Assembly: GCA_038108035.1 (NCBI GenBank)
Contig: JAYNHN010000002.1
Location: 1 to 45,401 of the forward strand
DNA length: 45,401 nt
Direction: 5' to 3'
Source of the DNA: Flavobacteriaceae bacterium
Lineage (GTDB): Bacteria > Bacteroidota > Bacteroidia > Flavobacteriales > Flavobacteriaceae
Part shown: in pieces, positions 34,145 through 43,143 of the stretch
Layout: the number at the start of each line of letters is the position of its first letter
Numbering within the stretch: the stretch's first letter is position 1
Position numbers and translations under genes: made by a program
The notes under the pieces: generated by a model
Databases searched by the model: none
Seen by the model: the letters and a program-made list of their open reading frames with translations, nothing else
What the model was told of the DNA's origin: nothing

Positions 34145-35494
34145 TCAAGAAACCCACTCCCGTTCTTGCATTTCTTTTTTGACCCGTTTGGCCAGATAGA
34201 GAATGGCGATCATATTGGGAATACACATTAAGGCAAAGGCAAGATCAATGATCCCGATAACGACTTCTACGGTAACCAAAGCAGAAAAAATAATACTTCC
34301 AATATAAAAATAGTTGTAATAATTCCCCCATTTTTTTTGGGTAAGAAAACCAAAACATTTGACCCCGTAGTAAGAATAGGTAAAAAGGGTAGAAATACCG
34401 AAGACAAATACCATAATAAGGAGTAACTGATCACCAAATCCAAAAAACAATCGACGAAAAGCCTCCAATGTTAAGATAATTCCGTTAAGATCTTCCACCA
34501 AATAAGCCCCGCTAATGATTAAAATAAGTCCGGTAATGGTACAAACGAGTACGGTATCCAAAAGGGGTCCCAACATAGCGACCAATCCTTCGTCGGTTCC
34601 TTTTAGGCTTTGAGATTGGCCGTGGTACATAGGAGCATTTCCCACACCACTTTCATTGGAAAAAACGGCTCGGCGAACCCCCAAAATAACCAAACCCCAA
34701 AAGCCTCCTGTAACGGCTGTTTGGAAATCAAAGGCACTTGAAAAGATAAGTTGGAAAGTAGGGAGTACTTGATCTGCATGGGAAATCAGCATATAAAGCC
34801 CCATAAAAAAATACAAACCAACCATTAAAGGAACTAAATTGGAGGTGACTTTTACGATGGATTGAAGCCCTCCAAAAATAACAAAAGCACTGGCAACGGA
34901 GAGGACAATACCCAAAATCAATTTCCACTGAAAAACACCTAGGGCAACATACGAATCGGGTTGAACTACATCCATAAACGTTTGTGTTAATTGATTGGCC
35001 GTGAACGCAGGAAGAACTCCAAAAAGACCGGCAAAGGAAAACCAGATAGCCAGTGGTTTACCCCATTTTTTTACCCCCAATTGCATATAATACATTGGCC
35101 CGCCCAGAGGATTACCGTTTTCCTCTGTTTCACGAAGTTGTACCGCAAGAGTACAGGAATAAAACTTGATGATCATGCCAATGGCTGCCGTAACCCACAT
35201 CCAAACCAATACACCGGGACCTCCCATATGAATGGCAATGGCGACCCCCGAAATATTTCCCAAACCCACCGTAGCGGCTAGGACGGCCGAAAGTGCCTGA
35301 AAACGAGAAATCCCTTGACTTTGTTCCTTTGAAAGCAACAATTTAAAAGCGGTTTTTATCTTGAGTAGAGGATACCCCCTACTGTGAATGATCAAATACA
35401 AACCACCGCCAATCACTGCAATCAACATGATCCACTCCAGAGGTTGAATTAAATTTTGAAGCAGCGTTTCTAAGTAAGAAATCCATTTACCCAT
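34145..35494 (-). CDS. Alanine/glycine:cation symporter (AGCS) family transporter
   Basis: 449 aa with an ATG start. It is polytopic. The blocks QALSAVLAATVGLGNISGVAIAIHMGGPG and FSNESGVGNAPM are typical of sodium:alanine symporters. Confidence 0.9.
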   Translation of the reverse strand: MGKWISYLETLLQNLIQPLEWIMLIAVIGGGLYLIIHSRGYPLLKIKTAFKLLLSKEQSQGISRFQALSAVLAATVGLGNISGVAIAIHMGGPGVLVWMWVTAAIGMIIKFYSCTLAVQLRETEENGNPLGGPMYYMQLGVKKWGKPLAIWFSFAGLFGVLPAFTANQLTQTFMDVVQPDSYVALGVFQWKLILGIVLSVASAFVIFGGLQSIVKVTSNLVPLMVGLYFFMGLYMLISHADQVLPTFQLIFSSAFDFQTAVTGGFWGLVILGVRRAVFSNESGVGNAPMYHGQSQSLKGTDEGLVAMLGPLLDTVLVCTITGLILIISGAYLVEDLNGIILTLEAFRRLFFGFGDQLLLIMVFVFGISTLFTYSYYGVKCFGFLTQKKWGNYYNYFYIGSIIFSALVTVEVVIGIIDLAFALMCIPNMIAILYLAKRVKKEMQEREWVS

Positions 35495-35571
35495 TATTGA
35501 AAAGTAGGTATTTTTTTTTAGATCACCTGATTATTTGTTTATTTTTGGATCGTCTTAAATTATATCCAATC

Positions 35572-35937
35572 ATGAACACCTCACACTTCCCCTCGGCCGT
35601 CTGTTTGATTTTTTTTGCATTTTTATTACTATTCTCTTGTTCCAAAACGGATCCCGTTACAGAGGAAGTTAATGAAGTAAACAATTTAAACGGGATCAAA
35701 TTTTCAGCTCATATTAAACCTTTACTCGACAACAAATGTGGAGAATGCCAAGGTCCCGGTCAGAGTCAAACCAATTATGTTGATTTTAGCAACGCTAAAA
35801 ACGGGATTTCAAACATTCTCAATCGGATTCAAAGGGAAGAAGGAGCAACGGGTTTTATGCCTCGAAATGGAACCAAACTAACTGAAAAAGAAATTGAATT
35901 AATCAAACAATGGAAGGAAGATGGTTTTTTAAAGTAA
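35572..35937 (+). CDS. Small lipoprotein with a cytochrome-c-like domain whose CxxCH is CGECQ
   Basis: The start is at ATG 35572 (MNTSHFPSAVCLIFFAFLLLFSCSKTD) and the protein is 121 aa. The region KPLLDNKCGECQGPG...GFMPRNGTKLTEKEIELIKQW is present. Confidence 0.65.
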   Translation: MNTSHFPSAVCLIFFAFLLLFSCSKTDPVTEEVNEVNNLNGIKFSAHIKPLLDNKCGECQGPGQSQTNYVDFSNAKNGISNILNRIQREEGATGFMPRNGTKLTEKEIELIKQWKEDGFLK

Positions 35938-35987
35938 AGTTTTGATTTGACTTAAAAAAAAGCAAACTTTACATAAAATCATAAATT

Positions 35988-37100
35988 ATGCAATCACGTA
36001 GAGACTGGTTACGATCTTCTTTGGGTATAGGAGGTCTTCTTTTAGCTCCCCCTAACCTATTAACCGCACAAGAAAAAAAAGATTTCATACCTCGAAGTCT
36101 GGAACCGGTAATTCGTTTGAGTTCCAACGAAAACCCCTACGGCCCCTCAAAAAAAGTTCAGGATCGAATTGTAAACTCTTTCCAACACGGCTGTCGATAT
36201 CCCTATGCTTATTCGGATGAATTGGCAACGATTTTGGCCAAAAAACACGGAGTTTCTCCTGAGTCTATTATCGTAACAGGCGGTTCAACGGAAGGACTAA
36301 AAATAACCGGTTTGACTTTTGCATCCGGTGGGGGAGAGATCATATCGGGTCAACCCACTTTTCTGGCCATGATGGATTATGCCAAACAGTGGGGAGCTAC
36401 CGTGAATTGGGTGCCGGTAGGTGAAGACAAAGGATATGACCTTAACGAAATAGAAAAACGCATCTCGTCCAAAACCAAATTGATCTTTTTATGCAATCCC
36501 AATAATCCAACCGGGACATTGGTTCCGGCCAAGCAGTTGGTCGATTTTTGTGATGTAGCCAGTAAAAAAGCCATTGTTTTTTCCGATGAAGCCTATTATG
36601 ATTTTATTGAAGAACCCAATTATCCCAGTATGGTAGAAGCAGTGAAAAAGGGGGACGATGTCATTGTTTCTAAAACCTTTTCAAAAGTATATGGTATGGC
36701 CGGTCTCCGAGTGGGGTACTTGATTGCCAAGCCCGAATTGGCAGATAAAATTCGGAAGAATATTGTAGCGATGAGTAATGTTTTAGCAGTGGAAGCGGCC
36801 AAGGAGGCTTTAAAAGATGACGCATTTTATCAATTCTCACTGTCTAAAAACAAAGAGGCAAAACAAAAGATATACAGTTTATTGGATCATCTGAATCTGG
36901 ATTACACCCCTTCTCATACTAATTTTGTTTTCTTCCACTCCAAAAAAGACATTCGAGAATTAGGGGCTGCTATGTTGAAAAAAGGGGTACGAATCGGTCG
37001 TCCGTTTCCTCCGTTTTACGACTGGTGTCGGATTAGTACAGGTACTTTAGAAGAGGTAGATCTTTTTGTAAAAGGAATGTTAGAACTTTACGGAGCCTAA
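35988..37100 (+). CDS. Class I/II PLP-dependent aminotransferase (histidinol-phosphate aminotransferase family) with a twin-arginine signal peptide
   Basis: 370 aa. The N-terminus is MQSRRDWLRSSLGIGGLLLAPPNLLTAQ. The blocks LSSNENPYGP, CNPNNPTG and SKTFSKVYGMAGLRVGY (PLP lysine) are present. Confidence 0.9.
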   Translation: MQSRRDWLRSSLGIGGLLLAPPNLLTAQEKKDFIPRSLEPVIRLSSNENPYGPSKKVQDRIVNSFQHGCRYPYAYSDELATILAKKHGVSPESIIVTGGSTEGLKITGLTFASGGGEIISGQPTFLAMMDYAKQWGATVNWVPVGEDKGYDLNEIEKRISSKTKLIFLCNPNNPTGTLVPAKQLVDFCDVASKKAIVFSDEAYYDFIEEPNYPSMVEAVKKGDDVIVSKTFSKVYGMAGLRVGYLIAKPELADKIRKNIVAMSNVLAVEAAKEALKDDAFYQFSLSKNKEAKQKIYSLLDHLNLDYTPSHTNFVFFHSKKDIRELGAAMLKKGVRIGRPFPPFYDWCRISTGTLEEVDLFVKGMLELYGA

Positions 37101-37102
37101 GT

Positions 37103-37774
37103 CTATTTTTCTTTAACAATAATATAAGTCGCTTTCACACCAGTGGCTAGATTCCACCGGTTGGAACCCACTAAATTGCCTTCGTCGTCAAAAACCCGAA
37201 CTTCTGCCGTATTGGGACCGGAGGTTCCTTGATTGAGCGCAACGAAATCAATTTTGTTAAAGCCCATTACCAAGTCCAAGGAAATACTCTTAAATCGTTC
37301 TTGTAACAAGACAAAAGGAACAACTTCACGATCGTTGAGCATAATTTTAATTAAATCTCCGTCTGGGGACTCATGGTCTCGAACCGCAATCTGGACAAAT
37401 TTCCCGTTGTTTCGAAAATCACCTAAATATTGATCGACTTTAAAGTTGTTGGGATTCTTTTCTTTTTCTTTACCCCGATTGAGCTTGTTGAGATATTGCT
37501 TTCCGGGATCCAAAAATTGTTCACTTTTACCAAAGTTGGCAGCGGGGTTGTTTACATCTCGTTTAGGATCTTTAAATTCAATCTCAGGATTAAAAAAATC
37601 TTCGGATAAAAATTGCTTTTCTTCTTTGGGCTTGAGTAAACTGGGGCCTTTGTTTTCAGGAGGGGGAATGACCACCTTAGGGGATTTAGAAGTTTCTACC
37701 CCCAATTGTGCATTTAAAACAGAAATTCCTGTTCCTAAAAGACAGAAGAAAACAAAAAACACATTACGAACCAT
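37103..37774 (-). CDS. Secreted hypothetical protein
   Basis: The start is at ATG 37774 (MVRNVFFVFFCLLGTGISVLNAQ, signal peptide). A Lys/Glu/Pro/Asn-rich linker is followed by a roughly 100-aa beta-rich C-terminal domain. I recognise no family. Confidence 0.65.
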   Translation of the reverse strand: MVRNVFFVFFCLLGTGISVLNAQLGVETSKSPKVVIPPPENKGPSLLKPKEEKQFLSEDFFNPEIEFKDPKRDVNNPAANFGKSEQFLDPGKQYLNKLNRGKEKEKNPNNFKVDQYLGDFRNNGKFVQIAVRDHESPDGDLIKIMLNDREVVPFVLLQERFKSISLDLVMGFNKIDFVALNQGTSGPNTAEVRVFDDEGNLVGSNRWNLATGVKATYIIVKEK

Positions 37775-37900
37775 CTTTACCCTACTCAATTTTTAACAAA
37801 CCTAGTTGGATTTCGTCTGAATCTCAAGTGTTTTAACAAAATTTAATAGGAAACAGAGGAATTTATTATCTTGTCTGGACAAACTAACACGAATTGAATT

Positions 37901-39709
37901 ATGCAAATTGCAGCTATCGACTGGGGAATTATCTTTTTATTTTTCGCAATCTCATTGGGAATTGGGATTTATGTTTCTAAATCATCCGGAAAAAGTGCCA
38001 ATGATTTTTTCTTGTCTGGGAGAAGCATGCCCTGGTGGCTATTGGGTCTTTCCATGGTGGCAACGACTTTTTCTACCGACACACCCAATTTAGTCACGGA
38101 TTTGGTTCGCACCAATGGAGTTTCAGGGAACTGGGTTTGGTGGGCTTTTTTGATTACCGGTCTATTAACCGTTTTTGTTTATGCAAAGCTTTGGAGGAAA
38201 TCCAATGTAAATACGGATTTAGAGTTTTATGAATTGCGATACGGTGGAAAACCGGCGAGTTTTTTACGAAAATTTAGAGCTATTTATTTGGGGATTGTAT
38301 TTAACGTAATTACCATGTCTGCAGTAACTTTAGCAGCGATTAAAATTGGAGGGATCATGCTTGGCTTAGAACCCTGGCAAACGGTTATTACAGCTGGTTT
38401 GGTAACGGTTATATTTAGTGCAGTGGGAGGCTTTAAAGGGGTTGTTTATACCGATGTAATTCTCTTTTTTGTGGCCATGGGGGGTGCCATAGGAGCCGCT
38501 TATTATTTGGTTAATCTTCCCGAAGTAGGTGGGATACAATCCCTATTAGCGAATGAAAATGTAGTTGATAAAATCTCTATTTTACCCGACTTTGGAAATC
38601 GAGAGGCCCTAATTACTTTATTGATTATACCTTTGGCCGTTCAATGGTGGAGTTCCTGGTATCCCGGTGCTGAGCCCGGAGGAGGGGGATACATTGCCCA
38701 ACGAATGTTAGCGGCAAAAGATGAAAACCATGCCATTGGAGCTACCTTTTTCTTTAATATTATGCATTATGCTCTACGTCCCTGGCCTTGGATTTTGGTG
38801 GCTTTAGCTTCTTTGGTGGTTTATCCCGATTTGACAAGTTTGCAAACCGCATTTCCCAATATTACTCCCGATAAATTGGGTCATGACTTGGCCTACCCTG
38901 CTATGTTGACCAAATTACCTACTGGACTTTTGGGTCTGGTATTGGCCTCTTTAATTTCAGCTTATATGAGTACGATTTCTACTCAACTGAATTGGGGCTC
39001 ATCTTATATCGTCTATGATTTTTACAAACGTCAAATCAACCCCAACGCCTCTCAGAAAAGATTGGTAGCAGTAGGGCGATTGTCCACTGTTTTATTGATG
39101 GTTTTGAGTACCCTTTTGGCCTTATTACTTCAAAATGCCATTCAGTTATTTAACTTGTTGTTGGTTTTTGGGGCAGGAACTGGGTTGATTTTTATTCTTC
39201 GTTGGTTTTGGTGGCGAATTAATGCCTGGAGTGAAATAGCTGCTATGGTGGCTTCTGGACTGATTTCTTTACTACTGACCGTTTCGTCCGTTAAAGAGTT
39301 CTTATTCGGAGTAGATGGATTCTTTCCTGCTTGGGCAGAATTCCCTTTTGTGGTGGCAGTAACTTCTTCTGTATGGCTATTGGTGACCTTTGTAACACCC
39401 GCTGAATCCACTAGCGTATTGCGTTCGTTTTATAAAAAAACACAACCTGGAGGTCCGGGTTGGGCAAAAGTACTCAAGGAGGCCGAAGCAGATCAAGAAG
39501 AATTGGAGGAAAACGATCAGCCTTGGAGTGTTCCTTCGGGAATCCTTGCCATGTTGCTGGGTTGTACAATGATCTACAGTGTCATGTTTGCCACAGGATA
39601 TTATATTTATGGGGATTATAATCTAGCGATGCCCTTAACCGGCTTAGCCATCGTATCCGGTTTTTTCCTGATCAAGACTTGGAAAAAAGTAAAGGCTAAC
39701 GTTTTCTAA
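37901..39709 (+). CDS. Sodium:solute symporter (SSS) family transporter
   Basis: 602 aa with about 13-14 helices. The YPGAEPGGGGYIAQRMLAAKDE block is typical of SSS proteins. Confidence 0.88.
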   Translation: MQIAAIDWGIIFLFFAISLGIGIYVSKSSGKSANDFFLSGRSMPWWLLGLSMVATTFSTDTPNLVTDLVRTNGVSGNWVWWAFLITGLLTVFVYAKLWRKSNVNTDLEFYELRYGGKPASFLRKFRAIYLGIVFNVITMSAVTLAAIKIGGIMLGLEPWQTVITAGLVTVIFSAVGGFKGVVYTDVILFFVAMGGAIGAAYYLVNLPEVGGIQSLLANENVVDKISILPDFGNREALITLLIIPLAVQWWSSWYPGAEPGGGGYIAQRMLAAKDENHAIGATFFFNIMHYALRPWPWILVALASLVVYPDLTSLQTAFPNITPDKLGHDLAYPAMLTKLPTGLLGLVLASLISAYMSTISTQLNWGSSYIVYDFYKRQINPNASQKRLVAVGRLSTVLLMVLSTLLALLLQNAIQLFNLLLVFGAGTGLIFILRWFWWRINAWSEIAAMVASGLISLLLTVSSVKEFLFGVDGFFPAWAEFPFVVAVTSSVWLLVTFVTPAESTSVLRSFYKKTQPGGPGWAKVLKEAEADQEELEENDQPWSVPSGILAMLLGCTMIYSVMFATGYYIYGDYNLAMPLTGLAIVSGFFLIKTWKKVKANVF

Positions 39710-39712
39710 AAT

Positions 39713-41032
39713 TTATCCTAAAATAATCCCGGCAATAGTAGCCGACATCAATGAAACTAAGGATCCTGCGATCATGGCTTTAAGTCCAAGTTCGGTCAAT
39801 GTTTTGCGAATTTTAGGTGCAATTATACCAATTCCACCAATTTGAATTCCAATGGAAGCAAAATTGGCAAAACCACAGAGCATGTAGGTAGCCATAAGCA
39901 CCGATTTTTGATAGGTGAAATGCAGGGGGTGGTTGGCATCTTTTAGGTCAACTAACTGAGTATAACCCACAAATTCACTAGCAGCCAATTTGATCCCTAA
40001 AAGCTGACCCATTAGGGTCATATCCTCTTTTGCTACTCCAATTAACCACATTAAGGGAGCAAAAAGATGGCCTAGGATAAACTCAATTGAAAACCCTGAA
40101 TAGACCGTATTGGAAGCAATCCACGAGTTGATCCCTATCCAATCACCTACACCTGAAAAAATACTGTTAACCATAGCAATCAGTGCAATAAAAACCAACA
40201 GCATAGCAGCAACATTAACCGCCATTTTGATTCCTTCACCCGTGCCAATGGATATTGCCGACAAGAAATTTTCTCCTACTTTATCGTTGGAAATAGTGAT
40301 GTCAGAAGTAATTTCTTCGGTTTGTGGATAGATGATTTTTCCGATTACGATGGCTCCGGGTGCTGCCATCACCGATGCTGCCAACAAGCTTTTTGCAAAT
40401 TCCAGTCGAAGGATGGGGTCGTTTCCACCAAGAAAACCAATATAGGCACCCAAAACGCTACCCGCAACGGTTGCCATACCTCCTACCATAACCAAGAAAA
40501 TCTCGGAGCGATTCATCTTTTCCAAATAGGCTTTAATTAGTAAAGGAGCTTCTGTTTGACCTAAAAAGATGTTTCCAGCAACGGATAAACTCTCCGCCCC
40601 GGAAATTTTAAACAATCGAGTCAATCCCCAGGCGAGAAAACCAACAATTTTTTGAATAATACCAAAATAGTATAATATGGAACTCAAGGCAGAAAAGAAA
40701 ATAATAACAGGGAGTGCCTGAAAGACAAAAATAAAACCGTATTTATCAACGTCGCCAAATTCTCCAAGGAGCATTTGAGTTCCCGCTCCGGTATATTCCA
40801 AAATTTTGATAAAAAAGTTTCCAAATGTTTCAAAAACACGCTTTATAAACTCTATTTTCAAGACACTGATTGCAATGATGATTTGAATCAGCAAACCCAA
40901 ACCAACGGTCTTCCATTGAATTTGTTTACGATTGTTACTAAAAAGAAAGGCGATGAGTAAAAGGGTGAGCATGCCTAAAATGCCTCTAATTAAATTTTCA
41001 ATTGAGAAGCCAGCATTCGGGATTAATTCCAT
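39713..41032 (-). CDS. NupC/CNT-family nucleoside transporter
   Basis: 439 aa. It has the CNT N-terminal and C-terminal domain pattern (GAESLSVAGNIFLGQTEAPLLIKAY...; CGFANFASIGIQIGGIG). Confidence 0.9.
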   Translation of the reverse strand: MELIPNAGFSIENLIRGILGMLTLLLIAFLFSNNRKQIQWKTVGLGLLIQIIIAISVLKIEFIKRVFETFGNFFIKILEYTGAGTQMLLGEFGDVDKYGFIFVFQALPVIIFFSALSSILYYFGIIQKIVGFLAWGLTRLFKISGAESLSVAGNIFLGQTEAPLLIKAYLEKMNRSEIFLVMVGGMATVAGSVLGAYIGFLGGNDPILRLEFAKSLLAASVMAAPGAIVIGKIIYPQTEEITSDITISNDKVGENFLSAISIGTGEGIKMAVNVAAMLLVFIALIAMVNSIFSGVGDWIGINSWIASNTVYSGFSIEFILGHLFAPLMWLIGVAKEDMTLMGQLLGIKLAASEFVGYTQLVDLKDANHPLHFTYQKSVLMATYMLCGFANFASIGIQIGGIGIIAPKIRKTLTELGLKAMIAGSLVSLMSATIAGIILG

Positions 41033-41097
41033 TTTAAATTTTCAATGTGGTTAAAGATAATAAAACATATATCTTTGCCGAAAATATAATTTTTTTT

Positions 41098-41928
41098 ATG
41101 AAAAGAGTATGCATAACCCTTACAATCATGCTTGTTTTTGGGTGCCAGTCAGAAACTTCCGATAAGGAAGTACATACAACCGAAGATCCAGTTACCACTA
41201 CACCTGTGGTTGAAGAACCCAAGGAACTTGAATTGGTTTGGTCTGATGAATTTGATGGAACTACCTTAGATCCCGACAATTGGACTTTTGAATTGGGAGA
41301 CGGCTGTCCCAATTTATGTGGTTGGGGGAATAACGAACTACAAGTGTATACCGACCAAAATCATCGACTGGAAGATGGGATGTTAATTGTTTCTGCCAAA
41401 AAAGATGCTGAGGGGAATTATACTTCTACCCGCATTATTACTAAGGGGAAAAGAGAATTTCAATATGGGCGCATTGAAACCCGAATTAAGGTTGCTACCG
41501 GAACGGGCCTTTGGCCTGCTTTTTGGGCATTGGGCAACGATATTGATACCAATTCATGGCCCGATTGTGGTGAAATTGATATCATGGAATATGTGGGACG
41601 TAAACCCGGTGAAGTATTTACCTCAGTTCATACTCGAAGTAGTTTTGGTAACACGATTAATACTCAAATTACGCCCTTTCCGGGAATAGAAGATGATTTT
41701 CATGTCTATGCGATTGAGTGGAACGATGCATTTATTGATTTTTTCTTAGATGAAAACCGGGTGTATCGTTATGCCCCTCAAATTCAAAATCAGGAAACCT
41801 GGCCTTTTAATAAGCCATTTTTCCTTTTAATCAATCTTGCTGTTGGGGGAAATTTTGGTGGAGCTGTTAGCAGTAGTTTGGAATTTCCTAGGGAATATTT
41901 TATTGACTACGTTCGTGTCTATCAATAA
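41098..41928 (+). CDS. Glycoside hydrolase family 16 (laminarinase / beta-1,3-glucanase type) lipoprotein
   Basis: The catalytic motif is GEIDIMEY. The lipobox is IMLVFGCQSE, followed by a Thr/Pro/Glu linker. The start is at ATG 41098. Confidence 0.9.
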   Translation: MKRVCITLTIMLVFGCQSETSDKEVHTTEDPVTTTPVVEEPKELELVWSDEFDGTTLDPDNWTFELGDGCPNLCGWGNNELQVYTDQNHRLEDGMLIVSAKKDAEGNYTSTRIITKGKREFQYGRIETRIKVATGTGLWPAFWALGNDIDTNSWPDCGEIDIMEYVGRKPGEVFTSVHTRSSFGNTINTQITPFPGIEDDFHVYAIEWNDAFIDFFLDENRVYRYAPQIQNQETWPFNKPFFLLINLAVGGNFGGAVSSSLEFPREYFIDYVRVYQ

Positions 41929-41945
41929 GGAGTTTATACTGGGTA

Positions 41946-42086
41946 CTAAAATTCTGTTTCAAGGATTTCTTTAATCATTTCTTTAGCAGTCAGGAGCTTG
42001 ATTTTGTGAACACTGTCCTTATACTGACCGTTTTCAAGCTTTGTATTGATCTGTTCAAGAACCTCTAGTGCACTTCTATTTTTCAT
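41946..42086 (-). CDS. Candidate 46-aa hydrophilic helical peptide just downstream of the pirin gene
   Basis: The ATG-started ORF reads MKNRSALEVLEQINTKLENGQYKDSVHKIKLLTAKEMIKEILETEF*. It begins 12 nt after the pirin stop, and an A9 run lies in that spacer. I recognise no family. Confidence 0.25.
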   Translation of the reverse strand: MKNRSALEVLEQINTKLENGQYKDSVHKIKLLTAKEMIKEILETEF

Positions 42087-42098
42087 GTTTTTTTTTGA

Positions 42099-42812
42099 TT
42101 AAATCGTCATAGGAACTTCGATCAGAAGAATCCGTGTTTGGGAATCTGCTTCAATAGCAATGGAGTCGGTTTCCCAAATACCTAGTGCATCTCTTTTATC
42201 TAGTTTTTCTCCTTCAATATTTGCCGTCCCTTCAATAAGGAATGCATACACCCCGTTGCCTTCCCTATTGAGGGTATAATTCAACTCAGTGGTTTGGTCA
42301 AAATCACCCATATGAAACCAAGCATCTTGATGGATCCACATACCTAAAGCTTTTGGATCCGGAGTAACTATTGGATAAAAAGCATTGGCTTTTTTTAGTT
42401 CTTTGATGCTCTTTTGGTCGTACCGAGGGGAAACATTTTTTTGATTTGGCAATACCCACAGCTGCAGTAGGTTGATTGGTTGATCTTTATTTTTATTGTA
42501 CTCACTATGATAAACACCCGTTCCCGCACTCATTACCTGAATCTCACCTGCTTCAATAAATCCAATGTTGTCCATACTGTCTTTATGTTCCAAAGCACCT
42601 TCCAGAGGAATGGTAATGATTTCCATATTGTCGTGAGGATGCATCCCAAAACCCATCCCAGGAGCAATGATATCGTCATTTAAAACTCGAAGAGCTCCAA
42701 ATTGGATGCGTTCGGGATCAAAGTAATTGGCAAAACTAAAAGAGTGCTTGGCTTGGAGCCAACCGTGATTTGCTTCACCTCGTGTTTGTGAAGAATGGTA
42801 TATTTTTTTCAT
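42099..42812 (-). CDS. Pirin-family cupin protein
   Basis: 237 aa. The metal site pattern is GFGMHPHDNMEIITIPLEGALEH, within a bicupin layout. Confidence 0.9.
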   Translation of the reverse strand: MKKIYHSSQTRGEANHGWLQAKHSFSFANYFDPERIQFGALRVLNDDIIAPGMGFGMHPHDNMEIITIPLEGALEHKDSMDNIGFIEAGEIQVMSAGTGVYHSEYNKNKDQPINLLQLWVLPNQKNVSPRYDQKSIKELKKANAFYPIVTPDPKALGMWIHQDAWFHMGDFDQTTELNYTLNREGNGVYAFLIEGTANIEGEKLDKRDALGIWETDSIAIEADSQTRILLIEVPMTI

Positions 42813-42858
42813 AGAATTTTATATAAACCAATAACTGTTGTATATACAAATGTACTAT

Positions 42859-43107
42859 TTATTTTTTGTTTTGGGGGAGAGAATCTTTCTTTTGTTTTTG
42901 GGCAACCAGATCAATGAGTTTTTTCTTAGCATTGAAATATTCAATTAGGGTTTTGATCTTCTCTTCGTTTTTCTTTTGTTCAGCAAATTTTTCTTTTTCC
43001 TCGGTAATGGTGTTTTTAATTTCCATATAAGTACTTACTACAAAACCAATAACAATAGCTATACAAGCAATGTAAGCGATTATTTCTTCTGTTTCCGAGA
43101 GGTACAT
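42859..43107 (-). CDS. Hypothetical membrane-anchored coiled-coil protein
   Basis: The start is at ATG 43107 (MYLSETEEIIAYIACIAIVIGFVVSTYM). One helix is followed by a Lys/Glu-rich tail. The track's start (43128) is TTG. Confidence 0.5.
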   Translation of the reverse strand: MYLSETEEIIAYIACIAIVIGFVVSTYMEIKNTITEEKEKFAEQKKNEEKIKTLIEYFNAKKKLIDLVAQKQKKDSLPQNKK

Positions 43108-43143
43108 AAATGACTTATCTTTATACAAATTTAAAGATAAAGA

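Noticed and set aside
35495-35571. A search for a glycine or other riboswitch upstream of the AGCS symporter, and for a cobalamin or other riboswitch upstream of the TonB-dependent receptor (43108..43143)
   Set aside because: The leaders are only 77 nt and 36 nt and are shared with divergent genes. That is too short for these riboswitch classes, and no conserved cores were seen.
37446-37796. A 116-aa plus-strand ORF; similar antisense ORFs at 41034..41312, 34991..35281 and 1659..1913
   Set aside because: They overlap better-supported genes on the opposite strand or in another frame, and they have shadow-frame composition.
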